Positions 9,621 to 19,008 of a stretch of 48,436 bases of DNA are shown piece by piece (position 1 is the first letter of the stretch; each line of letters opens with the position of its first letter). The translations under genes and the position numbers were made by a program. The stretch spans positions 1-48,436 of the forward strand of contig JBMFTE010000003.1 of NCBI GenBank assembly GCA_049967195.1, in the 5' to 3' direction. The stretch is from Nitrososphaeria archaeon. Lineage in GTDB: Archaea > Thermoproteota > Nitrososphaeria > Conexivisphaerales > UBA164. Below the pieces are notes generated by a model. It saw nothing but the letters and a program-made list of their open reading frames with translations, made no database searches and was not told the DNA's origin.

Positions 9621-11249
9621 CTAGAATATCACCGGTTCCCTGTATTCACCCCAAACTTCTTTCATCGCACCCACTATCTCACCCAGCGTGGCCCCTGCTC
9701 TGGCCGCGCCTATTATATATGGCATGAGGTTCTCCTCCTGTGCTGCCTTCTGGACATGTTGCAGCTCCTGCCTCACCTTCTGTTCGTCCCTGCCCATCCT
9801 GTATGCCCTTAGCCGGCTCATCTGCCTCCTTTCGTACCTTTCCGACACTTTAAGGACGGGGATTTCCGCCTCCCCACCCTGGGCGTGCGCGTTGACCCCG
9901 ACTATGATGCGTTTCTTTTCCTCAACCTCCTTCTGGTATCTGTATGAAGATTCAGCTATTTCCCTCTGGAAAAAGCCACTGTTTATCCCCTTGACAACTC
10001 CCCCCATGCCATTTATCCTGTCCAGGTAGTCATAGGCTTCCTCCTCCATTTTGTCGGTGAGCCACTCCAGATAATAGCTCCCGCCTGCGGGGTCAACAGT
10101 GTCAGGAAGGCCGGATTCCTCCGCTATTATCTGCTGCGTCCTGAGGGCTATGGTGGCCGCAAGCTCGGTCGGGAGGGCCCATGCCTCATCCAGGGCATTT
10201 GTGTGTAGGCTCTGGGTCCCACCGAGCACGGCTGCCATTGCTTCGATTGCTGTCCTCACGATGTTGTTTTCAGGCTGCTGCGCCGTCAGGCTCACCCCAG
10301 AAGTCTGTGTATGGAACCTCAACCACATCGACCTTTCCTTTTTCGGGTTGTACCTGCTCTTAATTTCCCTTGCCCAGATCCTCCTTGCGGCCCTGAACTT
10401 AGCTACCTCTTCGAAGAAGTAAATTGAGCTGTCAAAGAAGAAGCTCAGCCTGGGCGCAAAATCGTCTATGTCAAGCCCCCTCCTGACCGCCTCATCAGTG
10501 TACGTGAACCCGTCGGCGAGGGTGAAAGCAAGCTCCTGGACGGCAGTTGCGCCGGCTTCCCTTATATGATAGCCGCTTATGCTTATCGGGTTCCACTGTG
10601 GGAGTGCTTTTGAGCTGTACTCGATCGTGTCCACCACGAGCTTGAGCGATGGTTCCGGCGGAAATATGTACGATTTCTGTGCCATGTACTCCTTGAGTAT
10701 ATCGTTCTGGATGGTGCCCCGCAGATCAGCCGGTGGAACCCCCTGGTGCTCTGCCGCAAGAATATAAAATGCCCATATAACGGCCGCGGGCCCGTTGATC
10801 GTCATTGATGTTGAAACAGTTCCAAGCGGTATGTCCTGGAACATGAGCTCCATGTCCTCAAGGGTGCTTATACCAACCCCTGCCCTTCCAAACTCACCCC
10901 TTGAAAGCTCATCATCAGAATCCAGGCCAAGCAGAGTCGGGTAGTCGAAAGCTATGCTCAGCCCGGTTTCGCCCTGCTGTAGCAGGTACTTTAACCTCCT
11001 GTTGGTTTCAATTGCGTCCCCGTACCCTGAGAATTCTCTAATTGTCCATAACCTTTTCCGGTACATTTCCTCATGTATGCCCCTAGTGAACGGGTATCTG
11101 CCGGGGAATCCCAGCCTCTCCATGTAGCTTCCCTTTACGTCAAGAGGCGTGTAAAGAACCTTGACCGGGATGCCGGACCTTGTTGATCTTTCATTTTCGC
11201 CCCTCCTTCCCCTTTCCCAGGATTTCAGGGCTTTCCTGATACCGCTCAT
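9621..11249 (-). CDS. icmA: B12-dependent acyl-CoA mutase large subunit, isobutyryl-CoA mutase type
   Basis: Mutase barrel motifs YPFTRG, GTIQNDILKE, SISGYH and QSLHTN. The specificity positions are Phe73 and Gln191 (MCM has Tyr and Arg). Confidence 0.85.
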   Translation of the reverse strand: MSGIRKALKSWERGRRGENERSTRSGIPVKVLYTPLDVKGSYMERLGFPGRYPFTRGIHEEMYRKRLWTIREFSGYGDAIETNRRLKYLLQQGETGLSIAFDYPTLLGLDSDDELSRGEFGRAGVGISTLEDMELMFQDIPLGTVSTSMTINGPAAVIWAFYILAAEHQGVPPADLRGTIQNDILKEYMAQKSYIFPPEPSLKLVVDTIEYSSKALPQWNPISISGYHIREAGATAVQELAFTLADGFTYTDEAVRRGLDIDDFAPRLSFFFDSSIYFFEEVAKFRAARRIWAREIKSRYNPKKERSMWLRFHTQTSGVSLTAQQPENNIVRTAIEAMAAVLGGTQSLHTNALDEAWALPTELAATIALRTQQIIAEESGLPDTVDPAGGSYYLEWLTDKMEEEAYDYLDRINGMGGVVKGINSGFFQREIAESSYRYQKEVEEKKRIIVGVNAHAQGGEAEIPVLKVSERYERRQMSRLRAYRMGRDEQKVRQELQHVQKAAQEENLMPYIIGAARAGATLGEIVGAMKEVWGEYREPVIF

Positions 11250-12130
11250 TTGTCCAGCTCACCAGCAGCCTGGGAAATGATTTCCCCGATGCCCCTGCCT
11301 GACAGCAGCTCGTTTACCATCACGTCAAAGTCCCTGCTTGCAAGGTACCTGTCAAGCCTATATTCAAGACGATGACGCACAAGCTGCTTAAGCCTTGACC
11401 GGATCCTTTCCTGCCTGCTCCTGCCGTTCTTCTGCAGGTGCCTCTCGATTGCTGATGCCAGCGCGGCAATCCCCTCCCCCCTGGTGGCAACCGCCTTTAT
11501 GACCTCAGGCAGGCGGCCCGGCATTCCCAGCTCAAGTAGCTCCCTGGCCTTCTCATCGGCTGGGCCAGTGTCGGCCTTGTTTACGACAAAAATGTCCGCC
11601 ACCTCCATGATGCCCGCCTTGATCGCCTGTATTTCATCACCAAGATTCGGAACCGTGACCATAACCACTGTATCGGCTATGCTGTGTATGTCGGTTTCAT
11701 CCTGCCCTGCGCCAACGGTTTCTACAAATATTTTTTCATAGCCCGCTGCATCAAGGGCATTTATCAGGTCGATTGTAAAGTATCCCAGCCCCCCCTTTTT
11801 TCCACCAGTTGGCACGCTTCTTATAAATGCTCGGCCCTGTCTGCCAAGTTCAGGCATCCTTACCCTGTCCCCCAGAAGCGAGCCACCTGAAAGGGGGCTG
11901 GAAGGGTCAATGCACAGGACCCCGACCTTCTGGCCGGCCTTTATCATTTCCATTGCCAGCCCGGATATTACGGTTGATTTTCCGCTACCTGGAAAGCCAG
12001 TTATGCCGACAACAAACGAGCCGTGTATCATGCCAAGCAGGCTTTCACTTATTTTATCATTGCCAAGCTCGATTTCCGTCATTACCCTAGCAAGGGCTCT
12101 CCTGTCACCAGAAAGGGCGCGTTCTATCAT
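11246..12130 (-). CDS. meaB: MeaB/ArgK-family GTPase chaperone of the B12 mutase
   Basis: GFPGSGKS, DPSSPLSGGSLLGDRVRM, ETVGAGQ and NKAD; ATGA overlaps with both neighbours. Confidence 0.93.
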   Translation of the reverse strand: MIERALSGDRRALARVMTEIELGNDKISESLLGMIHGSFVVGITGFPGSGKSTVISGLAMEMIKAGQKVGVLCIDPSSPLSGGSLLGDRVRMPELGRQGRAFIRSVPTGGKKGGLGYFTIDLINALDAAGYEKIFVETVGAGQDETDIHSIADTVVMVTVPNLGDEIQAIKAGIMEVADIFVVNKADTGPADEKARELLELGMPGRLPEVIKAVATRGEGIAALASAIERHLQKNGRSRQERIRSRLKQLVRHRLEYRLDRYLASRDFDVMVNELLSGRGIGEIISQAAGELDK

Positions 12131-12534
12131 TTTAGCCTCCTGCACCTGCTCATTATAAAGCGGGATATTTCGTCAATGCTCGAGCCTGGTCCAAATACTG
12201 CGCTAACGCCGATCTTCACAAGCCTTGGCTTGTCTGATTCAGGTATTATGCCGCCCCCTATCAGCAGCACATCGTCAATTTTGTTCTGCTTCATCAGACG
12301 AGCTACCCTCCTGAACTGGTACATGTGGGCCCCGGACAGTACGCTCAATCCGATCACGTCCGCGTCCTCTTCTATTGCGGCCCTGACGATGTCCTCAGGT
12401 GTCTGCCTGATCCCGGTGTATATGACGTCAAATCCCCTTTCCATCAAGGACCTGGCGAGCACTTTTGCCCCACGGTCATGCCCGTCCAGACCCGGCTTGG
12501 CGATTATGACCCTGATCCTCCTTTCGCCACTCAT
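12127..12534 (-). CDS. icmB: Cobalamin-binding small subunit of the acyl-CoA mutase
   Basis: DGHDRG base-off/His-on motif, GLSVLSG and GGGIIP. Confidence 0.9.
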   Translation of the reverse strand: MSGERRIRVIIAKPGLDGHDRGAKVLARSLMERGFDVIYTGIRQTPEDIVRAAIEEDADVIGLSVLSGAHMYQFRRVARLMKQNKIDDVLLIGGGIIPESDKPRLVKIGVSAVFGPGSSIDEISRFIMSRCRRLK

Positions 12535-12652
12535 AATATTGATATTTTCCAGAAGAGTTTAATAAATATTTAATTGTTGCATGAAATTTTATGAAAATTA
12601 ATTGCAGCTTAAGCGATTAACATCTAAATTATTATATGGGTTATTGCAGATA

Positions 12653-14704
12653 ATGCCCATGGATGACATGCTAAAGCGCCTTTATGAGCCTTCGACAATT
12701 GCAGTTGTTGGTCCTTCACCAAATAGCAACAATTTGGCAACGGTTATCCTGAGCAACCTGCTTTCAGCAAGCAGGGAAGGCAGGCTCAGCGCAGGCATTT
12801 ACGCCGTAAACCCGCTCTATGAGGAATGCCTTGGCCTGAAATGCAAAAAAGGACTGGAAGAGGGCACGGACTTGGCAATAATTGCCGTCCCCACAAGGCT
12901 TGCCGAAGATTACCTGCTGCAGGCCCAGAATGCTAGCACCAGTGTCGCGATCGTCATATCAGGCGGTTTCAGCGAAAGCGGAGGTAAATCTCTCAGGAAT
13001 GTTGTGCACGGAACGAGGGTGCTTGGTCCGAACACGATAGGCGTTGTAGACCCTTACAGCGGCATAAACACGCTGTTCCTCCCGAATTACAAGGCAGCCT
13101 CTGACGGCGCCAGCCTTAGGTCAATACCGGACCCTGTGAAAGGACGCGTCGCAATAATTGCCCAGAGCGGGGGGATCAGTATTTCACTCTATGACGAACT
13201 GCTGAGTTCAGGAATCGGCATCAGGTCACTTACATGCCTCGGAAATTCCGACGACATAGATGCCGCAGAAATCGTGGAATATTTTTCTGAAGACGGCCTG
13301 ACGGACCTGATCGCCCTCTACCTGGAGGGGGTTCAGGATGGGAGGAAACTCATGGACGCAATATCAAGGGCCGCAGTTAAAAAGAAGGTAGTTGCCATAA
13401 TCGCAGGCTTAAGCGAAGCCGGGAAAAGGGCCACGTCTTCCCATACCGCTTCAATCGTCAGCAACTCAGATGTTTACCTCGCAGCGATAAAGCAGGCCGG
13501 GGCGCTTCCAGTAAGGGATTTTAGAGATTTCATTGCGCTTATTAAGGCGTACCAGATGATCGGTACAGTAAAAGGAAGGGGGGTTGCCGTGCTGACAAAC
13601 AGCGGAGGTGCTGGCGTGCTTGGCGCTGATGAGGCGTCGCTCAGCGGAATGGATGTACCCCCCCTGCACGACAGGCTTGCCGGGTTAAGGGAAAAGGGGG
13701 TGCTGCCGGGAATAGCAAGCGTAGAAAACCCGGTAGATGTAAGCGCATCCGGCGACGACAGGAGCATTGAAGCCGTCTATGAAAGCCTTATGAAATTTGA
13801 CGACATAAACTCCGTCGTGCTGGTGAGCACCCACTACCCTCCAGGCATAACCGACATGCTGCCTTCCAAGATAGCCGGCATTTACCGCAAATCCGGAAAA
13901 CCTACCGTGGCCGTGGAGCTCGGGAGGTCCCCGTGGTCTAACCGCATCAGGGAAATCTACGATGCGAATGGCATACCTTCCGTGGATTCGCCCCAGCAGG
14001 CTGCGCGCATTCTTGCGTTACTTTGCAGGCTAAACGAAATTGAGCCTGCATGGAATCCTGAAATGGGGCACAGCGGAACTACTCTTGCAGCTGGGGTGCA
14101 CATGGAGCCCGAGCTTACGGACATCGTTGGTGCATTCGGCTTTAAAACCCCTCAGTGGACATGGGTGGAAAGCGAGGACGGCCTGCTCAAAGTCAGGTAC
14201 CCTGCTGCCCTGAAGGTTTTTTCAGGCAACCTGATGCACAAAACTGAAGCGGGGGCTGTAAGGGTAAACGTGCGCAGGGAGGATGCTATGACAACATTCA
14301 AGGAACTCCACAGAGCTTTCCCAGATGGAAGGGTTTATGCGCAGGAAATGGTCAGTGGCGTTGAGATCAGGGTTGGTGTAGCCAGCGACAGTGCCTTTGG
14401 GAAGTATATTGACATTGGGGCAGGTGGAGTCCTGACGGAGCTTTTGAGGGACCACAGCACAAGGATAGCCCCGGTTACTCCAAGCGAGGCTTCGAAGATG
14501 CTTGAGGAACTAAAAATGGCTCCTCTCCTTAGGGGGTACAGGGGAGGGGTGGCCGCGGACCTGGCATCGCTTGCAGATTCAATTTCGTCTCTTTCAGCGT
14601 GGGCAGCATCACTTAAAGGGCTCAGGGAAATGGAGATCAACCCGCTGATCGTAAACAGGACCGGCTCCTACGCCGTTGATGTACGTGCAACAGTCGAACC
14701 ATGA
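12653..14704 (+). CDS. ADP-forming acyl-CoA synthetase, fused alpha-beta
   Basis: GPNTIG, QSGG, SHT (phospho-His), NSGG, NPVD, and ATP-grasp motifs HKTEAG and EINPL. Confidence 0.9.
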   Translation: MPMDDMLKRLYEPSTIAVVGPSPNSNNLATVILSNLLSASREGRLSAGIYAVNPLYEECLGLKCKKGLEEGTDLAIIAVPTRLAEDYLLQAQNASTSVAIVISGGFSESGGKSLRNVVHGTRVLGPNTIGVVDPYSGINTLFLPNYKAASDGASLRSIPDPVKGRVAIIAQSGGISISLYDELLSSGIGIRSLTCLGNSDDIDAAEIVEYFSEDGLTDLIALYLEGVQDGRKLMDAISRAAVKKKVVAIIAGLSEAGKRATSSHTASIVSNSDVYLAAIKQAGALPVRDFRDFIALIKAYQMIGTVKGRGVAVLTNSGGAGVLGADEASLSGMDVPPLHDRLAGLREKGVLPGIASVENPVDVSASGDDRSIEAVYESLMKFDDINSVVLVSTHYPPGITDMLPSKIAGIYRKSGKPTVAVELGRSPWSNRIREIYDANGIPSVDSPQQAARILALLCRLNEIEPAWNPEMGHSGTTLAAGVHMEPELTDIVGAFGFKTPQWTWVESEDGLLKVRYPAALKVFSGNLMHKTEAGAVRVNVRREDAMTTFKELHRAFPDGRVYAQEMVSGVEIRVGVASDSAFGKYIDIGAGGVLTELLRDHSTRIAPVTPSEASKMLEELKMAPLLRGYRGGVAADLASLADSISSLSAWAASLKGLREMEINPLIVNRTGSYAVDVRATVEP

Positions 14705-14909
14705 TATGCATAAAAAAATTAAATTAAATCCCATTTTTTACCCATAATTTGTTTTACTGCGATTTTTGACTAAAGCTTCAAATCCGGGGGAAAATAATAT
14801 ACTTAAATTTTTATAAGGAATTAACAGATAAATTGTAATTTATATAAATATTTTCTAAAAAAATTTATAAAAATGTATAAATATTGCCTAAAACATATAA
14901 AACCTAGCA

Positions 14910-15173
14910 ATGTATCGCCCAGTTTTAAGGCAAAAGTGGAACGTGATCATCGACGCCGACAGATGCAAGGGATGCGAAATATGCGTGAACGCCTGCCCTG
15001 AACAGAACCTTCAGCTTTCAAAGAGTATCAACGGCCTGGGCTACCATTATGTCGAATTTAGCTTTCACGGCAAAAGGGGCGACTGCACTGGCTGCAATAT
15101 ATGTTACAAAGTGTGCCCGGATTATTCAATCCTCGGGGTGGTTTCAGGTGAAGAGGCTGCTAATGGGAGCTGA
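14910..15173 (+). CDS. 2x[4Fe-4S] ferredoxin, delta subunit of 2-oxoacid:ferredoxin oxidoreductase
   Basis: CKGCEICVNACP and CTGCNICYKVCP; first gene of the oxidoreductase operon. Confidence 0.9.
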   Translation: MYRPVLRQKWNVIIDADRCKGCEICVNACPEQNLQLSKSINGLGYHYVEFSFHGKRGDCTGCNICYKVCPDYSILGVVSGEEAANGS

Positions 15174-16185
15174 AGCGATAGCAGAAGCGGCAGTTGACGC
15201 CGGTCTTGAAGCTTATTTTGGATATCCGATAACCCCCAGCAGCGAAATTATGGAGAACCTTGCGCTTCTACATGCCAGCCACAGAAGCGATAAATTCAAG
15301 GTTTATTTCCAGTCGGCAAGCGAGGTTGAATCGATTAACCTGCTAATGGGCGCCGGTGCTGCAGGCCATATTGCCATGACAGCGACTTCAGGCCCGGGAT
15401 TAAGCCTTATGGCGGAGGGCATTTCGTATGCCTACACTTCGGAAATCCCCCTGGTAATAGTTAATGTTAACCGGGGCGGCCCCGGGCTTGGAAATGTGGC
15501 ACCGGAGCAGAGCGATTACCTCTTTGTGACTAAATCCCTAGGACATGGCGGCAGCAAGGCCATAGTGCTTGCGCCCAGCTCAATTCAGGAGGCCATGAAC
15601 CAGGTCCAGATGGCCTTTGAGCTAAGTTTCAAGTTCAGGATGCCCGTGATAATTTTAACCGATGCGATAATAATACACATGCTGGAGAGCGTTGATCAGG
15701 ACCATCTGCTTCCCGTAAGCGTGGACTCAGGCTGGAGTGCGAGGGGGAGGAACGGCGGGGAGAGGCACCTGATAAACAGCATTTACCTTGAACCGGCCGA
15801 ATTCAGGGAAATAAAGGTTAAGCTGGAGGAAAAGTGGAAGACCGTTGAACCCTTGGGCGAGTGTTTTATGTGCGAGGACGCGGAAACCCTGTTTGTGGCA
15901 TACGGTATAAGTGCCAGAATAGCAATGGAAGCAGCAGCAGAACTGAGGGATAGGGGGATAAGGGCTGGCGTTTTCAGGCCAATAACGCTAAATCCATTTC
16001 CAGGGAAGATGCTCATGAATGCAGCCAGAAACAGCGACAGGATAATCGCCATTGAGATGAATGAGGGGCAGATGGTGCATGATGTGCAGTACTGGATTAG
16101 AAGGGATGTGGAGCTTGTCCCGTTCATGGGTGGAATTTATCCTGACACCGAGGAGGTGATAGAAAAGTGCAAGCAAAGCAGCTGA
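15148..16185 (+). CDS. 2-oxoacid:ferredoxin oxidoreductase alpha subunit (VorB-like, 2-ketoisovalerate type)
   Basis: GYPITPSSE, TATSGPG, RGGPGLGN..PEQSDY, GHG and EMNEGQM; probable GTG start 15148. Confidence 0.88.
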   Translation: MKRLLMGAEAIAEAAVDAGLEAYFGYPITPSSEIMENLALLHASHRSDKFKVYFQSASEVESINLLMGAGAAGHIAMTATSGPGLSLMAEGISYAYTSEIPLVIVNVNRGGPGLGNVAPEQSDYLFVTKSLGHGGSKAIVLAPSSIQEAMNQVQMAFELSFKFRMPVIILTDAIIIHMLESVDQDHLLPVSVDSGWSARGRNGGERHLINSIYLEPAEFREIKVKLEEKWKTVEPLGECFMCEDAETLFVAYGISARIAMEAAAELRDRGIRAGVFRPITLNPFPGKMLMNAARNSDRIIAIEMNEGQMVHDVQYWIRRDVELVPFMGGIYPDTEEVIEKCKQSS

Positions 16186-16955
16186 GCGCTGTTTTCCCTG
16201 GGGCTGTAAATTCATATTGCCCTGGCTGCGAGCACGGCCTTTTGTTAAAGTTCATTGCCATGGCGCTAGAGGAGCTTGGAATAACTGAAAAGGCGGTAAT
16301 GGTTGGATCTGTTGGATGCTCTACCCTCGCATTTAAGTTTCTCAACGTTGATTATGTACAGGCGCCACACGGAAGGGCACCGGCCATAATGACCGGGATA
16401 AAGGAGGTGGAGCCCGGCGCAATAGTGTTTGCAGTTCAGGGAGACGGAGATGCCCTTTCAATAGGGCTTCAAGAGCTTATCCACGCCGCCAACAGGGGAA
16501 TCCCGGTTACAGTTTTTATGTACAACAACATGGTTTTCGGAATGACCGGGGGGCAGATGGCTCCAACCACTCCCGAGGGAATGGTCACAACTACCACCCC
16601 CTTCGGCAGGAACACTAAAACGAGCGGGCCACCGATTAACTCCTGCGAACTGCTTTCCTGCCTTTCCGGGCCATCATATATCAGGAGGGTTATCATAGCT
16701 CCGAAACCCGTCCAGCTGAAGGACAGGGTGATGTACTCCTCCAAGGAAGCCAATGAATCCTACAGGGCTATAGTTTCAGCGCTCAGGACCCAGATGATGG
16801 GAGGGTTTTCATATGTTGAATTTCTCGGAACATGTAACGTAAACTGGAAGATGAGTATAATCGATTCAAAAAAATATGCGCATGAGGTCAGCGCCAAAGT
16901 TTACCCGCCGCGGCTGTTCAGGGACAGGTTTGGAGTTGATTCAGTTGAAGGCTAG
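16167..16955 (+). CDS. 2-oxoacid:ferredoxin oxidoreductase beta (TPP-binding) subunit
   Basis: CPGCEHG, VGCS, HGRAPA and GDGD...NN..FGMTGGQ. Confidence 0.92.
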   Translation: MQAKQLSAVFPGAVNSYCPGCEHGLLLKFIAMALEELGITEKAVMVGSVGCSTLAFKFLNVDYVQAPHGRAPAIMTGIKEVEPGAIVFAVQGDGDALSIGLQELIHAANRGIPVTVFMYNNMVFGMTGGQMAPTTPEGMVTTTTPFGRNTKTSGPPINSCELLSCLSGPSYIRRVIIAPKPVQLKDRVMYSSKEANESYRAIVSALRTQMMGGFSYVEFLGTCNVNWKMSIIDSKKYAHEVSAKVYPPRLFRDRFGVDSVEG

Positions 16956-17526
16956 GATTATCATATCCGGAAGGGGAGGGCTTGGCGTGGTTGAAATGGG
17001 TAACATGCTTGCCTACCTATTTATGATTAGGGGGTTTTCCACAACCGTTGTTCCAACGTATGGTCCCCAGACGCGGGGGGGTTTTGTTGAAAGTGTCGTG
17101 GTAATACAGGACAAGCGCGTATTAAACCCTATCCCTACAAAGTTCGACGTGCTGATAGCCATGGACGTACCGGCACTTAACAGGATTAAGGACCTAATGC
17201 CTTACGGTACAATATTCTTCAATTCTTCCTTGGTCAACGGGGAGTGGCCCAACGCGGTATATATACCTGCAACTGAGATAGCAGAAAAGGTAGCCGGGAA
17301 TAAAATCAGGGAACCGCGCGTAACCTCAAACGCATCCATGCTTGGTGCCCTTTCAAAAATAATGCAGCTGAGTAAAGGCGACCTCAATGAAGCAATTTCA
17401 AACATATTAAGCGACAAGCCGAAACAGGCTATACAGCTCAACATAGACATAGCTGATGCAGGATACAACTATGCCGAAAGCGAATTGGAAAAAATAAAAA
17501 ATCCCCTGCCATTTTTAATCAAATAA
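16945..17526 (+). CDS. 2-oxoacid:ferredoxin oxidoreductase gamma subunit
   Basis: GRGGLG, YGPQTRGG and NASMLGA; TTG start downstream of GGAG (start uncertain). Confidence 0.88.
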   Translation: MKARIIISGRGGLGVVEMGNMLAYLFMIRGFSTTVVPTYGPQTRGGFVESVVVIQDKRVLNPIPTKFDVLIAMDVPALNRIKDLMPYGTIFFNSSLVNGEWPNAVYIPATEIAEKVAGNKIREPRVTSNASMLGALSKIMQLSKGDLNEAISNILSDKPKQAIQLNIDIADAGYNYAESELEKIKNPLPFLIK

Positions 17527-17556
17527 CTTCTGGAAACATACCATTTGATGCGAGTG

Positions 17557-17576
17557 AACAGCCTCGGCTGTTTTTT
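17557..17576 (+). terminator. Hairpin plus T-tract terminator after the oxidoreductase operon
   Basis: AACAGC-CTCG-GCTGTT followed by TTTT, between convergent genes. Confidence 0.55.
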
Positions 17577-17594
17577 ACGCTGTTGATGTGGCTC

Positions 17595-18491
17595 CTACTG
17601 AATTTTGGGGAGCACCCTTTCTCCCAGGATTTTAATTTGCTTCCTTTCATAATAAGCAGGTATAAGGACCAGCCTTTTTACGCCAGCATCGCTGTACTCC
17701 GTTGCCTTTTCAATTACCATTTCTGCCGTGCCCCATATTCCGCTGTCGACATTACATCTAGACCAGGATGGTAAGTCCATGAATTCTTCGGTGAATTTCC
17801 TGACCTTCTCCTCGCCTTTGTCGCCCACGTAAACGGGGACCATGTCTGTGTTGTCAAGGGTCATGGCATTTTTATTGTACTTCCCCATTATGCTCAAGCC
17901 CCACCTGAAGTCTTCGGGCCCGAAATAGTACGATATCCATCCATCGCTGATACTGGCTGCCCTTTTCAGTGCACTCTTAAGGTATCCCCCAACCAGAATC
18001 GGCACCTTTTTTGATGGCCTTGGCTCTATCGTTACATGTGTATAATTTTTTACGCCGTTGACGTCATGGCTGTAGAGCAGCATTTTAACCAGTTTTACGT
18101 TTTCCGATAGAGTTCTGCCCCGGCTGGCAAAATCCACGCCAACTGTATCAAATTCCTTTTTGTACCATCCGGCGACAGCTCCAAGCAGGAGCCTGTCGTT
18201 TGACAGGTAGCTTGCCGTTGATATCAGTTTGCTGAGAACCAGTGGGTCCCTAAGGCCAAAAAGGTAGAGAGTGCCCAGCTTTATTTTATCAGTATAGGCT
18301 GCTATATTGGATATCAGGACGATTGGTTCCAGAATCGGGTATACAGTTTTGGACCCAAGCAGCAGGTGGTCCCAGAACCATATGGATTCAAACCCCAGAG
18401 AATCGGCAAGCTTAGCCTTTTCGATAAGAGCTGGTACGTTGACCGCGCCACCTGGAACTGTAAAGTTGTCCAGCGCTATTCCTAATTTCAT
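17595..18491 (-). CDS. LLM-class (luciferase-like) flavin/F420-dependent oxidoreductase
   Basis: GFESIWFWDH, IKLGT, AGWYKKEF, VPILVGG and RAASISDGW. Confidence 0.88.
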   Translation of the reverse strand: MKLGIALDNFTVPGGAVNVPALIEKAKLADSLGFESIWFWDHLLLGSKTVYPILEPIVLISNIAAYTDKIKLGTLYLFGLRDPLVLSKLISTASYLSNDRLLLGAVAGWYKKEFDTVGVDFASRGRTLSENVKLVKMLLYSHDVNGVKNYTHVTIEPRPSKKVPILVGGYLKSALKRAASISDGWISYYFGPEDFRWGLSIMGKYNKNAMTLDNTDMVPVYVGDKGEEKVRKFTEEFMDLPSWSRCNVDSGIWGTAEMVIEKATEYSDAGVKRLVLIPAYYERKQIKILGERVLPKIQ

Positions 18492-18542
18492 GAATATTTT
18501 GTTACAAAAGTTGTTAATAAACTTAGCAAAAAATAAAAAAAA

Positions 18543-18956
18543 TCAGGCCAGCCCTATCAGGTGGTCTACTGAAATTGCGCCGGGACCGATTATTGCAAGT
18601 GTAACCGCAATCAGCAGGTAGAGCACATCGACTTCATAGCTTGGCTTATCCTGAGACACGTATGATGCTTTCATCTTTGTCTTTTTCATAATTATGTTTG
18701 AAATCATGAACAGCGCTATGAAAGCCGATACAAGCCTGGTCAGAAACCCGGTTATCAGCAATATACCGCCGAAGAATTCCAGGACCATGGCAAGCGTGGC
18801 CGTCCAGGGCGGTATGCCCATGCTCTTCATCCACTGCCCGGCCTGCTTTGCGCTGTCCTTAAGCTTAGGGTAGCCATGCATCATCATTGTTCCCCCCGTC
18901 ACAATGCGGAAAATCAGCAACCATGCAGTTAACAGTGTAGCATATAATTCTATCAT
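18543..18956 (-). CDS. DoxX-family membrane protein
   Basis: RIVTGG.MMMHGYPKL, EFFGGILL..GF.TR and GPGAISVD. Confidence 0.9.
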   Translation of the reverse strand: MIELYATLLTAWLLIFRIVTGGTMMMHGYPKLKDSAKQAGQWMKSMGIPPWTATLAMVLEFFGGILLITGFLTRLVSAFIALFMISNIIMKKTKMKASYVSQDKPSYEVDVLYLLIAVTLAIIGPGAISVDHLIGLA

Positions 18957-19008
18957 TGCAAATGTACGGAATTAAGTATATTATTTAAACTTGGTGGAAA
19001 AATTATAC

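Noticed and set aside
9621-12534. Methylmalonyl-CoA mutase of the 3-hydroxypropionate/4-hydroxybutyrate carbon-fixation cycle
   Set aside because: The specificity residues are Phe/Gln, and no epimerase, carboxylase or 4-hydroxybutyryl-CoA dehydratase gene is in the window.
14705-14909. AT-rich gap with palindromes (e.g. ATTTATATAAAT at 14838-14849) as a replication origin or operator array
   Set aside because: Such palindromes are expected at this AT content. No repeated ORB-like boxes or cdc6 gene are present, so it is most likely terminator plus promoter DNA.
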